A stretch of DNA of 64,000 bases from Candidatus Latescibacterota bacterium (GCA_965204725.1 OZ242005.1:352001-416000); one strand, 5' to 3'; positions 30,994 through 41,692 are shown, counted from the stretch's first letter. Numbers and translations are program-made. Notes: generated by a model not told the origin, from the letters alone.

Positions 30994-32375
30994 GTCCACA
31001 CCGTTTTGTATTCAAAAAAAGGCTCCAGCCCCAACTCGCCGTAGCGCCGGCCCAAGCCGCTCTGCTTAAAGCCACCCCAAGGCGTGCGATGGCTCAGCAT
31101 ACTGGCGCTGTTAATGGCCACAACCCCCACCTCCAATCGCCGCACAAAATAGCGTTGTCGCTCGGGATCAAGCGCCCACAGCGAAACGAGCAGTCCGTAG
31201 TCCGTATCGTTGGCCAACGCCAATGCCTCGTCGTCGCTGTCAAACGTCAGCACGGATACGACCGGCCCGAAAATTTCGTCGCGGCACACCGGCCCGGACT
31301 GATCGGCAAAGGCAAAAGCCGTAGGCTCAAAGTAGCAACCCTTCGCGTACTCGGCCCCCGGCGGACGAGTGCCGCCAAACAGCAAGTCCCCCTGTGCTTT
31401 TCCCATCTCGACGTAGCGCTCCACGCGCTCTACCGCCGCCCGGTCGATCAACAGGCTGGGGCCGGCGGCCCGCGCCTTTTCTTTGAGCAGAGCGATAAAT
31501 TCGTCGCGCAACGATTCGTGCAGCAAAACCCGACTTATGGCCGAGCACGCCTGCCCGGGGAAGGCCGAGGCTACGGTCGCGGTCGCCGCCGCGGCTAGGT
31601 CGGCGTCGGGCCAGACGATCTGCGCCGTTTTGTTGCCCAGATTTAGCTGCACGCGCTTGAGGTCTTTGGCCGCCGCGGCCATGACTTTCTTGCCCGTCGC
31701 CGTGCTGCCGGTAAAACAGATCAGCCGTGTAGCGGGGTGCGCGACGAGCGCCTGACCCACCTCAGGCCCCTTGCCGCTGAGCGCGTTGACCACCCCGGCC
31801 GGGAAACCGGCTTTGTGGAATGCCTGCATGGTCTTGAGTGCCTGCGGTGCTTCTTGGTCGGGTGCTTTAAGCACAACTGTATTGCCGGCGACCAGTGCCG
31901 GCACGGCCGATAAAAGGGTCGCCAGCAGCGGCCCGTTGAACGGGGCAAAGATGGCAACGGGACCCAGCGGTTCCCGATACACATAATTGGTGCCTTGGTC
32001 GCCGTGCTCGATGAGCGCACCCGCCCCGTCGTCTAGTTTGCCCACGTAGTAGTCGATGACGCGCTCTACCAGCGGCGGGATGCCCGGCCCTCCTTGGGGC
32101 TGGACCTTGGCGGCCGCCAGTTCGTCGGCCATGGCATAGAGCACCTCTTTCAGTTGGGCGAACAAAGCGCGCTTGCGCTCAATGCCGCAGAACTTCCACT
32201 CGGCGTAAAACGCTTCGCGCGCCGCGACCACGGCCCGATCCACGTCGGCCCGACTGGCATCGGCGACTTCGGCGACCAAAGTCCCATCTACGGGGCTATA
32301 CAGGGGATAGTAGCGTCCAGACGTTGGGGGACGCATTTGGCCCCCGATCAGCAAATCACTTTTCTTGACACTCAC
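30990..32375 (-). CDS. Aldehyde dehydrogenase family protein
   Basis: PFNGP, FTGST, GQAC, EIFGPV, PWGGFKQSG. Confidence 0.9.
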   Translation of the reverse strand: MSVKKSDLLIGGQMRPPTSGRYYPLYSPVDGTLVAEVADASRADVDRAVVAAREAFYAEWKFCGIERKRALFAQLKEVLYAMADELAAAKVQPQGGPGIPPLVERVIDYYVGKLDDGAGALIEHGDQGTNYVYREPLGPVAIFAPFNGPLLATLLSAVPALVAGNTVVLKAPDQEAPQALKTMQAFHKAGFPAGVVNALSGKGPEVGQALVAHPATRLICFTGSTATGKKVMAAAAKDLKRVQLNLGNKTAQIVWPDADLAAAATATVASAFPGQACSAISRVLLHESLRDEFIALLKEKARAAGPSLLIDRAAVERVERYVEMGKAQGDLLFGGTRPPGAEYAKGCYFEPTAFAFADQSGPVCRDEIFGPVVSVLTFDSDDEALALANDTDYGLLVSLWALDPERQRYFVRRLEVGVVAINSASMLSHRTPWGGFKQSGLGRRYGELGLEPFFEYKTVWT

Positions 32376-32475
32376 TTCATCTTCCTCCTATTGAAACGGC
32401 ATGACTTAATAATTGTATAAGAAGCGGTCTGAAAACTCATGTTACTTTTGGCTCGTCTTGCCTGACGACTCTAGG

Positions 32476-32681
32476 CGTCATTCCCACGAACGCGGGAATC
32501 CAGGGTCCTTGTTCATCAAACTTGACGTCTGCAACCGTCATTCCCGCGCAAGCGGGAATCCAGAAAAGGACCAAGCCGAAGCAGAACCTGAAACCCTAAC
32601 TGTAAGAACGATTCTAAACGCTCCCGGCTGGATTCCCGCCCCGCGTCGGGGCACGGGGTGACGTTCTTTCGCGGGAAGGAC
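32476..32681. repeat. REP-like palindromic repeats GTCATTCCC..GCGGGAATCCAG (two direct copies, one inverted)
   Basis: Copies at 32476-32503 and 32536-32563; interrupted inverse copy 32628-32681. Confidence 0.85.
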
Positions 32682-32766
32682 CGAATCATAGGTAAAAAAA
32701 ACGGTGCCGATCAACATTCTATGCTTTCAAGTCATTTAGGATTGCTATATTACCGAGGAGTCCGCC

Positions 32767-34758
32767 TTGCCACCACCGCCGACCCTGCCCGAAAATTACG
32801 ACGCCCAAGCCCAGATGGTCACCCATCAGGTGCGCGGGCGCATCTTTCACGCCACCATCCCCTCGGCTCAACTGGCCTCTGAACTGATGGCCCGCGGCGC
32901 ACCCGCCGACATCGCCGAAGCCACCGCCATCTTTCGCGCCGTGCTCGCCTGCCAAGAAGTGCGCGACGCCGAACCGCATCGCGGCAATTTTCGCTGGGAG
33001 CGGGAAGACGAAGTCGTCGAAGATCTCAATGCCGTGCAGTTCGTACTCTTTTACTGCATTCCCGTGTTGTGCAAAACGCCAGACGCCCTGCCCCCGGACT
33101 TGGTCGCGTCTATGCGCCGCGCCATCGCGCTGGGCCTAGAAGAAATCGCACACATCGACGTGGCCTTGGCCTATACCAACATCGTCCTCAAGGACATTGC
33201 CAACTCCTGCCTCGGCGGCCAGTTGTTGGGCGATGATACCATCGGCCGGCGTGGCCGGGAAAAACTGGTGCGCTGGATGGCGCACGTAGATACCTACGGC
33301 CTGCCCGCCGAGTACAACAGCCCCAACTACGCCTCGGTCGCCGTGCGCGTGCTGGGCCGCCTAGCCGAACTGACCGAGGACCAACATACTCGCATCCGCG
33401 CCCGCACCATGCTCGCTCGCCTCGGCCTTTCTGCCGCGTTACACATCCACCCCGGCCTCGGTTGCTGGGCCGGCCCCTTCAGCCGCGCCTATAGCCATGC
33501 CGTTTTTAACGCCAACGCCTTTAACGCCGATGACGTGCGCACGTGGTTGGCGGGCGAGCAGCTACCCGCTTGGGTCGGCGACCTGTTGCAGCGGTCCAAC
33601 GCGCCGCAGCAAATAGACGAAACGGCCCACGGCGAAGAGCCGGTGGCGCTGAGCACCTATCACAGTCCCTCTTTCTGTCTGGGCGTGGCCTCCTGCGAAC
33701 TCAAGACCCAAGAAGTCGTCTTTATCGCTCTGCAATCCAGCGTATTTCACGCGCAGTACCAGCGTCCGCATGGCGCACCCGGCGTACTCTTTTCGCGTTA
33801 TATCCTCGACGACCAGTGGCTCAGCTTCCAGACGACGCTGTCGCGCGCGCCCGGACAGGTCGTTCCCGAAGAAGGCCACTTCTACGGCGTACACGAGCGG
33901 GGACGCGCCATCGGCCTCTACGCCCCGCACGGCTTGGACGCTTGGACGCGGCGCACGAGCGCCAAAGCCGTGCTCGTGTGGACCGAGATCGCACAGATCG
34001 ACGAGATCTGGATCGGCCCGCACAAAGTGGATTCGCTGCCGGCGGCAGTGCCGCAAGGCACGGTGGTCGTCGTCGGCAGCGGCGGGCTGTGGACGGCCGT
34101 CTGGCCGCTCAAGCGGACCGATCTGGGCGGCGGTGCCCCCATCCGCCTAGTCGAGCTAGACGGTCATCTGGCCTTGGAGATGTACAACTATACGGGACCG
34201 GCCAAGACGTTCTGGGAAATGGCCAAACCCGGCTCCTTTTACCAAGGCCAGCCCCGCTGCGGTTTCTACGCCGAACTGTCCGAGCGCTCCGCCTACGCTA
34301 GCGGGGCCGATTTTGCCGCCCAAGTAGCGAGCGGCACACTCATCGACGAGGCGGCCCCGCCCGCCACCTATACTGCGGGCGACGAGCGCACCCTCCGCGT
34401 GGAGTACGCGCGCGACGACCGCATACTCGGCATTGAAGTCGATCTCTATGAGTGGTCGCTAAAGCGGCGTTGGACCCAAGCCGGCGTCCTCAACTGGCCC
34501 ATGCACGAGTCGCCCTATGCCCGGCAGAGTGCTTCCGGCCCAATCTCCATCGGCGACGCCACGCTCACCTGCGACAAGGGGCCGATATGGCTCTGCGCCT
34601 GCCCGGGAGGCAAACGGTACGTTGCCGCTTACAGCGGAGCCGAGATGACCTCGTTGCGGCTGGAGGTGCCCGGCGATGTGGTCGAGCTCGCTGCAATGGG
34701 CGCGGGCACGGTGATTTGGGACGAAGGCCAAGTAAGAATAGAAGCCATACAGCCCTGA
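32767..34758 (+). CDS. Hypothetical protein (663 aa)
   Basis: Long ORF with backbone-like codon usage, GAGGAG RBS; YTNI and EYNSPNY motifs. Confidence 0.75.
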   Translation: MPPPPTLPENYDAQAQMVTHQVRGRIFHATIPSAQLASELMARGAPADIAEATAIFRAVLACQEVRDAEPHRGNFRWEREDEVVEDLNAVQFVLFYCIPVLCKTPDALPPDLVASMRRAIALGLEEIAHIDVALAYTNIVLKDIANSCLGGQLLGDDTIGRRGREKLVRWMAHVDTYGLPAEYNSPNYASVAVRVLGRLAELTEDQHTRIRARTMLARLGLSAALHIHPGLGCWAGPFSRAYSHAVFNANAFNADDVRTWLAGEQLPAWVGDLLQRSNAPQQIDETAHGEEPVALSTYHSPSFCLGVASCELKTQEVVFIALQSSVFHAQYQRPHGAPGVLFSRYILDDQWLSFQTTLSRAPGQVVPEEGHFYGVHERGRAIGLYAPHGLDAWTRRTSAKAVLVWTEIAQIDEIWIGPHKVDSLPAAVPQGTVVVVGSGGLWTAVWPLKRTDLGGGAPIRLVELDGHLALEMYNYTGPAKTFWEMAKPGSFYQGQPRCGFYAELSERSAYASGADFAAQVASGTLIDEAAPPATYTAGDERTLRVEYARDDRILGIEVDLYEWSLKRRWTQAGVLNWPMHESPYARQSASGPISIGDATLTCDKGPIWLCACPGGKRYVAAYSGAEMTSLRLEVPGDVVELAAMGAGTVIWDEGQVRIEAIQP

Positions 34759-34772
34759 TTCGACGGGTGCCA

Positions 34773-36014
34773 TCACTTCCACAGCAGCCGCAGATAGAAC
34801 AGCGGATTGGTCAGCCTCTTGCGCGGCACGGCGTTGGCCATCATGCCGCAGATTAGGTCGCTGACCTCGGCATTTTTGGCGGCCTTGCCAATGACCCAGT
34901 TCATTAAGTAAGGCCAGCGGCCCAAATTGTGTAGTTTGGTGCTCACCTTGAGTTCGCTGCCCAGCTTAGCCCACAGCCGGTCTTCATAGCGGCGCAAAAA
35001 GCCAGCCGAATAGTCTCCGGCCGCCCGAGCTTGCACTGCGGTTTCTACGGCAAAGCGCGCCGAGTACAGGGCATTGCCAATGCCCTCGCCCGTGAACGGG
35101 TCGATCAGGCCAGCAGCGTCCCCCAAGAGCAGAAAGCCGTTGCCATGGGCCGGTCGCCGCCGCGAGCCAACCGGCAGATTCCAGCCGACCGGGGCTTCGA
35201 GGGGACGGGCGTCGCGAAAACGCGCCCCAAAAGTCTGGCTCTCTACGGCAGCCGCGAGCACTTCCTTGAGGTCAATGCCCCGCGCCTTGATGTCTCGGTG
35301 ATCCATGCCGAGGCCCACATTGGCACGGCGGCCTTCTAGGGGGAAAATCCAAAAATATCCGGGCCGCACCTCGTCTATAAAGTGCAATTCAATCTGATCG
35401 CTCAGGCCCGCTACGCCCTCAAAGTACTGCCGCAAGGCCACCATCCAATGGCGGCTCTCGTGGCGGTACAACCCGCTCCGGCGGGCGACGACCGAGTTGA
35501 AGCCATCGCACCCCAACACCAAGGGGGCGCGAAAATCCAAGCGCGTGCCGTCGGCGGTACGCCCCCGCACCCCGCAGACCTGCTCGCCCTCTCTCAAGAG
35601 CGCACCCACGGCAAAACCCTCTAGCGCGTGGGCGACCGCAGCCCGCGCCTTGGCAAAGAGAAAGTCGTCAAAGACCGCACGGCGGATGACAAAGCCCTCC
35701 ATCGGCAGCACCCGGCCGGTCAGGGCGTCGCGCAGGTCGTAGCGGCGCAAGTCAATGGACGCGGCAGTCGCGTCTGGGCTGCCGAACACAATGCGGGCAA
35801 TAGCCGCCCCGGGCAGGTTGCACACCTCCTCGAACAACCCCAACTCGTGGAGGATGGCTACCGCCTTGCCGGAGAGGGCGTCGCCGCAGATCTTGTCGCG
35901 GGGGAAGCACTGCTTGTCCAGCAGCAGGGCCGCCAGCCCAGATCGTTGCGCGTACAGCGCGGCCGCAGCACCCGCCGGACCGCCGCCGACGATGATTAAG
36001 TCGTAGGTTTGCAC
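34773..36014 (-). CDS. Geranylgeranyl reductase family FAD oxidoreductase
   Basis: GGGPAG, FPRDKICGD, GYFWIFP, GDAAGLIDPFTGEGI. Confidence 0.92.
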   Translation of the reverse strand: MQTYDLIIVGGGPAGAAAALYAQRSGLAALLLDKQCFPRDKICGDALSGKAVAILHELGLFEEVCNLPGAAIARIVFGSPDATAASIDLRRYDLRDALTGRVLPMEGFVIRRAVFDDFLFAKARAAVAHALEGFAVGALLREGEQVCGVRGRTADGTRLDFRAPLVLGCDGFNSVVARRSGLYRHESRHWMVALRQYFEGVAGLSDQIELHFIDEVRPGYFWIFPLEGRRANVGLGMDHRDIKARGIDLKEVLAAAVESQTFGARFRDARPLEAPVGWNLPVGSRRRPAHGNGFLLLGDAAGLIDPFTGEGIGNALYSARFAVETAVQARAAGDYSAGFLRRYEDRLWAKLGSELKVSTKLHNLGRWPYLMNWVIGKAAKNAEVSDLICGMMANAVPRKRLTNPLFYLRLLWK

Positions 36015-36127
36015 GTGGGCCAGAAAATAGCCCGTCCATCCCTTGCTACAAAGGCGCAGGCCAAACTTGCTTTGTAAGTGATCTTCCTTACCTTTTTTGG
36101 ATTGTCAACGCAATCTACGTAGCCTGT

Positions 36128-36364
36128 ATGGACTTTGAAATTCTCGGTGAAATCACGCATATCAAACCGATTGCCAGCGGTACAGGAGTCCGCGATCGCG
36201 TCCGATTAAACAAATTCTACGGCCAAAGTAGATGGCGTAAACTCAAGGGAGTTGCACGTGTTCGCCTGCTTGATGGAACAATTCGTCTTGCTGAAATTCA
36301 TTGGTATGAAGCTCACGGCATAGGCCGGAAGGAATTTAAGATCAAACTTCCTTTTCTTGGATGA
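36128..36364 (+). CDS. Small basic hypothetical protein (possible toxin of a two-gene module)
   Basis: AT-richer insert; WRKLKG..AEIHWYEAHGIG; overlaps next ORF. Confidence 0.65.
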   Translation: MDFEILGEITHIKPIASGTGVRDRVRLNKFYGQSRWRKLKGVARVRLLDGTIRLAEIHWYEAHGIGRKEFKIKLPFLG

Positions 36365-36602
36365 ATTCACAGTGAACAAAAAAACGTCACAATTTGCGAT
36401 TTGTCTCAACAATGAGGGCTATGAGGCTTCGCTCGAAGTCGGAAAAGTGTATCGCGCAATTCCCGATCGGGAGGCCGCTGCTCACGGGTACATTCGCATG
36501 GTGGACGAGAGTGGCGAAGATTACGCATTTGCTGCCGACCGCTTTTACGAGGTCGAACTTCCTCCCCTGGTTGAAGCAACGCTGGCTGCTGCCTTGCACT
36601 AA
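36357..36602 (+). CDS. Small acidic hypothetical protein (partner gene)
   Basis: ASLEVGKVY..VDESGEDY; coupled to upstream ORF. Confidence 0.65.
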   Translation: MDEFTVNKKTSQFAICLNNEGYEASLEVGKVYRAIPDREAAAHGYIRMVDESGEDYAFAADRFYEVELPPLVEATLAAALH

Positions 36603-36633
36603 GTCGCAACGCAATACGAGGAGCTATACCAAG

Positions 36634-38532
36634 ATGTCCCAAGACGTCCAAACCGAAAATCCACACGTCGAAGAACGCGCTTTTCAAACCGAGGTCCAAC
36701 AGCTACTCCACCTGTTGGTCCACTCGCTGTACACCCAAAAAGAAATTTTCTTGCGCGAGCTGATTTCCAACGCCTCAGACGCGCTCGACAAAATCCACCG
36801 CCGCTCGCTGACCGACCGCAACATCCTCGACCCAGACGCCGAATTGGACATTGAGATCGAGGTGTCGAGCAGCAACAAGACCCTGACGATCCGCGACCGC
36901 GGCATCGGCATGACCCGCGACGAGGTCAACGAAAACATCGGCACCATTGCCCGCTCCGGCTCGGCCGAGTTTGCCGCCAAGCTGGCCGATGCCAGCGATG
37001 AGCAAGAAAAGCTCAAGCTGATCGGCCAATTCGGAGTAGGCTTCTACTCGGTCTTCATGGTAGCGGACCGAGTGGTGCTCACCACGCGCTCGGCCGACCC
37101 AGCAGCCGACGGGGTGTTGTGGGAATCCACCGGCGATGGCACCTACACCCTGTCCCGCGCCGACAAGGCCGACCGCGGCACCGAGATCAAGCTCTACATC
37201 CGATCGGCCTGCGAGGAATTTCTCAACGCCCACCGGCTAGAGGGCATCATCCGCAAGCACTCGGATTTTGTCGCCTATCCCATCAAGGTCGCCGGCAAAC
37301 AGGTAAACGACACGGCCGCGCTGTGGACCCGGCCGCGCAACGAAATCACCCCCGAGCAGTACCGCGAATTTTACACGCACCTGACCGGCAACCCGGACGA
37401 GCCGCTCGCTTATGAGCACATCGTCGTAGATGTGCCGATTCAATTCTACGCCGTGCTCTACCTCCCCAAGCGCACCCCCGCCCAGTGGCTACACGCGGAG
37501 CCGACGATCTCGCTCAACCTGCACGTCGCCCGGGTCTTCATCCAAGACGACTGCAAGGAGCTTTTGCCGCTATGGCTGCGCTTTGTGCGCGGCGTGGTTG
37601 ACTGCGACGATTTGCCGCTCAACGTCTCGCGCGAAACCCTCCAGCAAAACCCCATTGTCGCCAAAATCCGCGCCACCTTGGTGCGGCGCGTCATCGGCAT
37701 GTTGGAGGGCATGGCCAAAAAGGACGAAGCCCAGTACATGGCCTTTTGGCATGCCTGCGGCACCATACTCAAAGAAGGCGTGGCCACCGATGCCGCACAC
37801 CAAGCCCAACTCGCCAAGCTCCTGCGCTACCGCTCCTCGCTGGCCGACGACGACGCGCCTTACATTTCGTTGCAGAACTACGTCGATCGGATGCAGAGCG
37901 AGCAGGACAAAATTTACTACCTCGCCGGCGAGAGCAAAGAGGCCATCGCCCAAAGCCCCCTGTTGGAAGCCTTTCGCCAGCGCGGCCTAGAGGTGCTCTA
38001 CCTCGATGAGCCGGTCGATGAATGGGTCGTCCAAGGGCTGCAAAAGTTTGCCGACAAAGAGTTCGTCGGCGCGGATGCGGCCGAGCTAGACTTGGGCGAG
38101 GACGCCGTCGAGTTGGAGGGGGTCCATGAGCAAAAGGCCGAGACCATTGAGCTGATCTCCTTTCTCAAGCAGAAGCTGGCCGGCCGGGTCGAAGACGTGG
38201 TCGAGTCCAAGCGGCTGACCGACAGCCCTTGCCTGCTGGTCGCCAGCCCAGGCGGGCTGAGCCGCAACATGGAGCGGCTAATGAAAATGACCGACCGCGA
38301 GTTCAAAGGCTCGTTGCGCACCCTAGAAATCAATCGCCAACACCCCATCATCCGCAACATGGCCGCCGTGCTCAAGCGCGACCGCGACTCCGCGCAGTTG
38401 GAGAGCTGGGCGCATTTTCTGGTTGATTTCGTATTGCTGGGCGAGGGCACGGTCGAGGACCCGCAGCGGCTGGGCCAGAGCTTGCAATCCATCATGGGCG
38501 CGGCCACCGCGCACGCTGCCGAGGAGCGTTAG
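36634..38532 (+). CDS. htpG: Chaperone HtpG (Hsp90)
   Basis: FQTEVQQLL, EIFLRELISNASDA, IGQFGVGFYS, DLPLNVSRE. Confidence 0.97.
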   Translation: MSQDVQTENPHVEERAFQTEVQQLLHLLVHSLYTQKEIFLRELISNASDALDKIHRRSLTDRNILDPDAELDIEIEVSSSNKTLTIRDRGIGMTRDEVNENIGTIARSGSAEFAAKLADASDEQEKLKLIGQFGVGFYSVFMVADRVVLTTRSADPAADGVLWESTGDGTYTLSRADKADRGTEIKLYIRSACEEFLNAHRLEGIIRKHSDFVAYPIKVAGKQVNDTAALWTRPRNEITPEQYREFYTHLTGNPDEPLAYEHIVVDVPIQFYAVLYLPKRTPAQWLHAEPTISLNLHVARVFIQDDCKELLPLWLRFVRGVVDCDDLPLNVSRETLQQNPIVAKIRATLVRRVIGMLEGMAKKDEAQYMAFWHACGTILKEGVATDAAHQAQLAKLLRYRSSLADDDAPYISLQNYVDRMQSEQDKIYYLAGESKEAIAQSPLLEAFRQRGLEVLYLDEPVDEWVVQGLQKFADKEFVGADAAELDLGEDAVELEGVHEQKAETIELISFLKQKLAGRVEDVVESKRLTDSPCLLVASPGGLSRNMERLMKMTDREFKGSLRTLEINRQHPIIRNMAAVLKRDRDSAQLESWAHFLVDFVLLGEGTVEDPQRLGQSLQSIMGAATAHAAEER

Positions 38533-38534
38533 CC

Positions 38535-39848
38535 ATGTCCGATCCCGTGCGCCAACAAGCCCTAGCGGCCCGCGCAGCCGCCCGCGCACTCGCCGCGACA
38601 TCCGCAGCGGAGCGCGACCAAGCCCTCGCAGCGATTGCTGCGGCCCTCGAAGCAAACCGCGAGCGCATCTTGGCGGCCAACGCCGAGGACCTAAAAACCG
38701 GCGAGCGCGATGGGCTGGCGTCGCCCTTACTCAAGCGGCTCGATCTGAGCGGGCGCAAATTCGCCAGCACGGTCGAGATGGTGCGCGGCGTTGGCGTCCA
38801 ACCCGATCCCCTCGGCCAAACCCAGCGCGCAACCGAGCTAGACGCCCGGCTTCACCTCTACCGAGTGACCGTGCCCATCGGCGTGATCGGCGTGATCTTT
38901 GAATCTCGGCCCGACGCCTTGGTGCAAATCGCCGCCCTGTGCCTCAAGTCGGGCAACGCCGCCTTGCTCAAGGGGGGGCGCGAAGCCACGGCGACCAACC
39001 AAGCCCTCGCCGCGGTGATGTGCCAAGCTACCGCCGACATCCTGCCAGCGGGGTGGATGGTGCTCTTGCCCGGCCGCGAAGAAGTCCGCGCCCTGCTCGG
39101 CGAGGAGGACCTAATTGACCTAATCATCCCGCGCGGCAGCAACGAGTTCGTGCAATACATCATGCACAACACCAAAATTCCGGTCATGGGCCACGCCGAC
39201 GGGATCTGCCACGTGTACATCGATGCCAGCGCCGACCTAGACAAGGCCGTGCCGATCGCTGTCGATGCCAAGACTCAGTACGTGGCCGTGTGCAACGCGG
39301 CCGAGACCCTGATCGTACACAGCCGCATTGCCGCGGCTTTTTTGCCGCGGGCCGTGCCGGCGCTGCTCCAAAGAAACGTGGAGCTGCGCGGCGACGAGCG
39401 CACCCTCGCCTTGGCCCAGGCCAACGGGCAAGTCAAGCCGGCCACCGAAGCCGACTGGTCAACCGAATACCTAGACTTGATGCTGGCAGTAAAGGTCGTC
39501 GATAGCACGGCCGAGGCCATCGAACACATCAACGCCTACGGCAGCCATCACACCGATGCGATCGTGGCCGAGGACCCAGAAGCTACCCGCGCCTTTTTGC
39601 GCGAGGTGGATTCAGCCTCGGTGATTCACAATGCCTCGACGCGCTTTGCCGATGGCTTCAAATACGGGCTCGGGGCCGAGGTCGGCATCAGCACCAACCG
39701 CCTGCACAGCCGCGGCCCGGTGGGGTTGGAGGGCCTCGTCATCTACAAGTACATTCTCCACGGGGACGGCCACATCGCCGATATGTACGACGGCCCGCAG
39801 CAGCGTCCCTTCACCCATCGCCCTCTAGACCAGCACTGGCAGGCATAA
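38535..39848 (+). CDS. proA: Glutamate-5-semialdehyde dehydrogenase
   Basis: [45 protein letters not shown]. Confidence 0.96.
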   Translation: MSDPVRQQALAARAAARALAATSAAERDQALAAIAAALEANRERILAANAEDLKTGERDGLASPLLKRLDLSGRKFASTVEMVRGVGVQPDPLGQTQRATELDARLHLYRVTVPIGVIGVIFESRPDALVQIAALCLKSGNAALLKGGREATATNQALAAVMCQATADILPAGWMVLLPGREEVRALLGEEDLIDLIIPRGSNEFVQYIMHNTKIPVMGHADGICHVYIDASADLDKAVPIAVDAKTQYVAVCNAAETLIVHSRIAAAFLPRAVPALLQRNVELRGDERTLALAQANGQVKPATEADWSTEYLDLMLAVKVVDSTAEAIEHINAYGSHHTDAIVAEDPEATRAFLREVDSASVIHNASTRFADGFKYGLGAEVGISTNRLHSRGPVGLEGLVIYKYILHGDGHIADMYDGPQQRPFTHRPLDQHWQA

Positions 39849-39849
39849 C

Positions 39850-40191
39850 ATGAGCGAACCCTATACCCCGGTCGAGCGCCACATCTTTCTTTGCGCCACT
39901 CCCACCAAGCCCAAGTGCCACAGCGACAGCACCGGGGCCGATTGCTGGGAATACCTAAAAAAGCGGTTGTCCGAATTGGGCTACGGCCATCCGGGCCGGG
40001 GCGGCATTCACCGTACCAAGGCCGACTGCTTGCGCGTCTGCGAGTCCGGGCCGACGGTCGTGGTATATCCCGAAGGCGTCTGGTACCACTCCATGACCGT
40101 CGAAAAGCTAGAGCGCATCATCCAAGAGCACTTAATCGGCGGACAGGTCGTACAAGAGTGGGTCCATCCCGAGCCGTTCCGCAACCTATAA
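39850..40191 (+). CDS. Thioredoxin-like [2Fe-2S] ferredoxin
   Basis: [26 protein letters not shown]. Confidence 0.9.
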   Translation: MSEPYTPVERHIFLCATPTKPKCHSDSTGADCWEYLKKRLSELGYGHPGRGGIHRTKADCLRVCESGPTVVVYPEGVWYHSMTVEKLERIIQEHLIGGQVVQEWVHPEPFRNL

Positions 40192-40213
40192 GCCTCAGCG
40201 GCCACAAAAGCGC

Positions 40214-41401
40214 ATGGTGCGCAACAAGTCTAAATCCAAACACATCGACCTAGAGATCAAGGACTCCCGCCTGATCTTCGACCGCGTCTGGAGTGACCTA
40301 GAGCAAGAATTCGGTCGCGCCAAGCTCCTCTTTCCCGGGGAAATTATATGGCTCGGCGGCGCACCCGGCGCTGGCAAGGGCACCAATACCCCCTTCATCC
40401 TCAAGGCGCGCGGCATCACAGCCGCGGCCGTGGTAATCAGCGACTTGCTCGACAGCCCGCGTGCCCAACAGATCAAGACGGCCGGCGGCTTGGTCGGCGA
40501 CGAGGAGGTCACTTCCCTGCTCTTGAGCAAGTTGCTCGACCCGATATACGAGCGCGGCGTGATCGTCGATGGCTTCCCGCGCACCCAAGTGCAGGTCGAG
40601 TGCCTCAAGCTGTTTTACGACAAGATGACCGAATTGCGCGAGGAATTCCGCGACCACAACTTCCCGCGCCCCCTCTTCCGCACCGTGTTGCTCTTCGTCG
40701 ATGAAGAAGTCAGCGTCGAGCGCCAGCTCCACCGCGGCCGGGAGGCCCAAGAGCACAACCGCAAGGCCACCGAGCTAGGCGTCGGCCAGCTCACCGAAAT
40801 CCGCGCCACCGATCTCGACCCGGCGGCCGCGCGCAAGCGCTACCAAGTTTTCAAGGAGACGACCTTTGAGGCCCTGCGCTCGCTACGCGCCATTTTCCAC
40901 TTTCGCTTCATCGACGCCGGTCAGCCGCTCGCCAAGGTGCAACAGGAGATTGAGGAGGAGTTTTCCTACCAGAGTTCGCTAGAGCTTTCGCACGACACCT
41001 TCGACCGCGTCCGCACCATCACGCCGGCCAGCCGCCTCGTGCTCTACGCTCGCCAAGAGCTGGTCAAGCGGCTGGAGATCTACAACGAAGACCATCCCCA
41101 GCTCTTCCAGCGGGTCATCGACAAAATCAACTTCAAGTTCATGCCCATTGTCACCCGCTACGCCATTACCGGCATGACGCTCATCAACTCCGAGGACTCG
41201 CTCTTCGACGACCCGATGGCTTTAGCCATGCTGATCGACATCTTCTCCGAACGCGGCTATCAGGCCCTCGTCGATGTCAACCGCATTGAGGTCCCCCACC
41301 GCTTAGACCCCCACACCCACGAAATTTTGTGCCAGCACAAGCGCGTCTACCGCTTCCAGATTCGGTTCGCGGCCTCGGCCATCCGACGAGGATACGACTG
41401 A
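40214..41401 (+). CDS. Adenylate kinase-family protein with C-terminal extension
   Basis: GGAPGAGKGT, GGLVGD, VDGFPRT. Confidence 0.85.
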   Translation: MVRNKSKSKHIDLEIKDSRLIFDRVWSDLEQEFGRAKLLFPGEIIWLGGAPGAGKGTNTPFILKARGITAAAVVISDLLDSPRAQQIKTAGGLVGDEEVTSLLLSKLLDPIYERGVIVDGFPRTQVQVECLKLFYDKMTELREEFRDHNFPRPLFRTVLLFVDEEVSVERQLHRGREAQEHNRKATELGVGQLTEIRATDLDPAAARKRYQVFKETTFEALRSLRAIFHFRFIDAGQPLAKVQQEIEEEFSYQSSLELSHDTFDRVRTITPASRLVLYARQELVKRLEIYNEDHPQLFQRVIDKINFKFMPIVTRYAITGMTLINSEDSLFDDPMALAMLIDIFSERGYQALVDVNRIEVPHRLDPHTHEILCQHKRVYRFQIRFAASAIRRGYD

Positions 41402-41467
41402 GACCCCAGCGTCAATTGCCCTAAACGACCGCTTCGTCAGGGCTGGTGCCTGCGTGCCGCCTCACCC

Positions 41468-41677
41468 CATACCAACGGCACAGAATCCTTTTGGGCGATG
41501 TTAAAACGAGGATACTACGGAACGTTCCACCACGTCTCAGCCGAGCACCTGCACCGATGCGTAACCGAGTTCGCAGGACGACACAACATCCGAGACCAAG
41601 ACACCATTGACCAGATGCGAAACCTTGTCGCCGGAATGGTGGGCAAGCGGCTCATGTATGCCGATTTGGTTAAATAG
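41468..41677 (+). pseudogene. IS1595-family transposase C-terminal remnant (not in ORF track)
   Basis: Manual translation HTNGTESFWAMLKRGYYGTFHHVSAEHLHRCVTEFAGRHN...GKRLMYADLVK*. Confidence 0.85.
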
Positions 41678-41692
41678 TTGAAATAGCCAAAA

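Noticed and set aside
32413-32882. Short ORFs across the repeat region
   Set aside because: Translations derive from the palindromic repeats (RHSHERGNP, RHSRASGNP); no coding support.
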